This document shows positions 62,401 through 64,000 of a DNA stretch of 64,000 nt, in pieces. Within the stretch, counting starts at the first letter, position 1. Each line of letters opens with the position of its first letter. The translations under genes and the position numbers were made by a program. Source of the DNA: Owenia fusiformis (Eukaryota); assembly GCA_903813345.2 (NCBI GenBank), contig CAIIXF020000001.1, positions 48,422,001-48,486,000 on the forward strand. The letters run 5' to 3'. Under the pieces are notes generated by a model that did no database searches, had not been told where the DNA came from, and was given only the letters and a program-made list of their open reading frames with translations.

Positions 62401-63830
62401 TCCATTTTTATTATGATGTAAAGGTAGCAATATGATAAATATGTTTGCAGTTTCAAAATAAAATAGGTCCTTATTAATAAAAACATGGCATTTATTGTTA
62501 GTTATGGTTTATATCATAAGAATAAGGTTGCTAAAATGCCAACTTTTTAAATCAATTTTTTTCAGAAAATATCTCTGAACAATCTTTAAAGGAGGAGGGA
62601 AATTAGCGCAACAGATTTTGGACAGTCATATGTTCCATATGTTGCATTTTGACACATAGTTAACCACTTTAAAGGAATAAGTGATTCCTTAAGGGGTTTT
62701 AAAGATACCCATTATGGGTGACCAAACTTAGCTGAAAGCAATGCTTTTTCCTATGGGAAAATAACATGGGAAATATTGTTTTCCACTTTATCTAAAAGGA
62801 ATCATTTATTCCTTTTAAGGGATTAACTGTGTGTCAAAACGCAACATATTGATGCAAGAAAAATTAAAAAAGCAAGGATGGAAGGGGTTGAAAATCAGGA
62901 AAACATTTCAGAAAAAACATATGGGTGGGTTGTTTGCATCTACCCTGTCTCAAAGTAGAAATTATTTTATCATCTCTAGAAGTGATTTTCCTGGAGGTAA
63001 TGAATTCGCCTAACATTTGCACCTGTTTAAATCCCGAGGAAATGGCCAAAATCAAACATATGACTGTCCAAAATCTGTTGCACTAACTTCCCTCCTCCTT
63101 TATGAAATGTAATATTTGGATAATTAAACAAAAGTTTAAAGCTCTACACCAGCTTTTAAGATTTAGTTTGTTCAATTTTCATTGAAACATTTCTCATGTG
63201 AATGTGGATTTTATCAAAGTGTTATGTTGAACAGAACATAAAATAATCATGTCTTCCAGGATACGTTAGAAAAATGCTCGTTGTGCAAGAAAGCAATTAC
63301 AGACAGGATACTACGCGCTACTGGCAAACCATATCACGCACATTGCTTTGTTTGTGTAGTGTGCGGGAAAAGTTTGGATGGAATTCCATTTACTGTGGAT
63401 GCTAGCAACAATATCCATTGTATTGATGACTTCCATGCGTAAGTTAAATTCTGTATAGGCAGATTAGTTTGGGGAAATATTTTCAAATGTTCACGGCAGT
63501 CAAAAAGGCCACACTATGTCCTTAAAAATATGACAGTTTTAGCCTAAACTGCTTTTCCCATTTGGACATATTTAATGATTTTAAAAAATGGCTGTCAGAT
63601 TTATAATTTGCACCATTTCTTGTCCTCTCATGTGCACTTTGCTTATTATATATAAACCCTGTATCAAAACCCTTCAATTACATGACTATTCTATCCTCCC
63701 ATGTTGCAGGAAGTTTGCCCCAAAGTGTTGCGTGTGCAGTTTGCCTATAGTTCCTGAACCAGGCCAAGAGGAAACAGTTCGTATTGTTGCTATGGACAAA
63801 AGCTTCCACACAGGCTGCTATAAATGTGAG
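56378..63830 (+). CDS. LPP: Zyxin/LPP/TRIP6-family LIM-domain protein (most similar to LPP); final exon beyond the window
   Basis: Phase-consistent exons 56378-56483, 57574-57675, 59366-59717, 59912-60117, 62125-62294, 63260-63438, 63710-63830. Contains an ActA-type EDDLPPPPP motif, an NES-like [13 protein letters not shown] and three LIM domains, including [33 protein letters not shown]. Confidence 0.93.
57574..57675 (+). CDS. LPP: LPP/zyxin exon with ActA (EVH1-ligand) motif
   Basis: ttag|(V)[34 protein letters not shown]|gtaagt. Confidence 0.85.
58052..59298 (-). mobile_element. HINE/Helentron-type non-autonomous element
   Basis: Subterminal IR TCCCATCGAAC (58059) / GTTCGATGGGA (59252); (CGTC)n microsatellite 58097-58209; tandem AAAATGGCCGCC units; terminal hairpin; T-rich ends. 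Confidence 0.8.
59366..59717 (+). CDS. LPP: LPP/zyxin pre-LIM exon
   Basis: gcag|(S)YAYQPSSS...RSPQQP GA|gtaagt. Confidence 0.87.
59912..60117 (+). CDS. LPP: LPP/zyxin exon (Pro-rich, NES-like)
   Basis: tcag|(D)YQYRGPGP...[23 protein letters not shown]|gtgaga. Confidence 0.9.
61243..61663. mobile_element. Double-hairpin foldback element (possibly Crypton-like non-autonomous)
   Basis: Hairpin 61243-61395 with a GAGCGAAGCGAACGAG loop; adjacent IR TATCCTACACTTA...TAAGTGTAGGATA enclosing three GGAGTATATCGTCACGATATCCTCC palindromes. Confidence 0.65.
62125..62294 (+). CDS. LPP: LPP/zyxin LIM1 exon
   Basis: ttag|(G)MCAKCH...[11 protein letters not shown]...PYCETCYM|gtacgt. Confidence 0.95.
62590..63099. 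mobile_element. Kolobok-like MITE with a nested MITE (about 62637-62848)
   Basis: TTAA|AGGAGGAGGGAAATTAG...CTAACTTCCCTCCTCCT|TTAT; inner TIR TATGTTGCATTTTGACAC...GTGTCAAAACGCAACATA. Confidence 0.7.
63260..63438 (+). CDS. LPP: LPP/zyxin LIM2 exon
   Basis: ccag|[61 protein letters not shown]|gtaagt. Confidence 0.96.
63710..63830 (+). CDS. LPP: LPP/zyxin LIM3 exon (first half)
   Basis: gcag|[40 protein letters not shown]|gtagg. Confidence 0.96.
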
Positions 63831-63889
63831 GTAGGTGTTCAGGCAAGCAAAGTTCAGCCTTAATGCAGTCTTCCCAATAAACCATACTA

Positions 63890-64000
63890 CAGGGTGTCCA
63901 AAAAAAAACAGGACCGTAAGAAAGTTGAATAAAGCGGTCAATTTTGCATATTTTGCCTTGAAATTTAAGAATTATTTAGATCATTCAATGTGAATTTTGT
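63890..64000. mobile_element. Start of a Tc1/mariner-type TIR element
   Basis: TA|CAGGGTGTCCAAAAAA; the partner TIR is outside the window. Confidence 0.45.

Overview
This is an AT-rich eukaryotic genomic window from an invertebrate animal; intron-rich genes and its MITE/HINE/DIRS repeats suggest a lophotrochozoan (inference). It holds three spliced protein-coding genes. (1) The 5' part of PTPN11/SHP2 (corkscrew) lies on the minus strand: exon 1 MTSRR at 18058-18071, with N-SH2 and C-SH2 exons down to 1081, and the gene continues off the left edge. (2) A complete single-PDZ LAP protein gene (Erbin/Densin-180 type) lies on the minus strand, CDS 38356 to 20836, with three candidate alternative exons including a 9-nt microexon. 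(3) A zyxin/LPP/TRIP6-family LIM gene lies on the plus strand, CDS from 56378 with the last exon beyond the window, head-to-head with the LAP gene. The introns are full of mobile DNA. The most notable element is a 5.7-kb DIRS1-type element with perfect terminal repeats and ICR but no intact ORF, inserted inside a GT splice donor so that it is bracketed by GT...AG. There are also a mariner deletion derivative, two MITE families with 9-bp TSDs, MITEs with 5- and 6-bp TSDs, HINE/Helentron-type elements and many foldbacks. No rRNA, tRNA or CRISPR array was seen.
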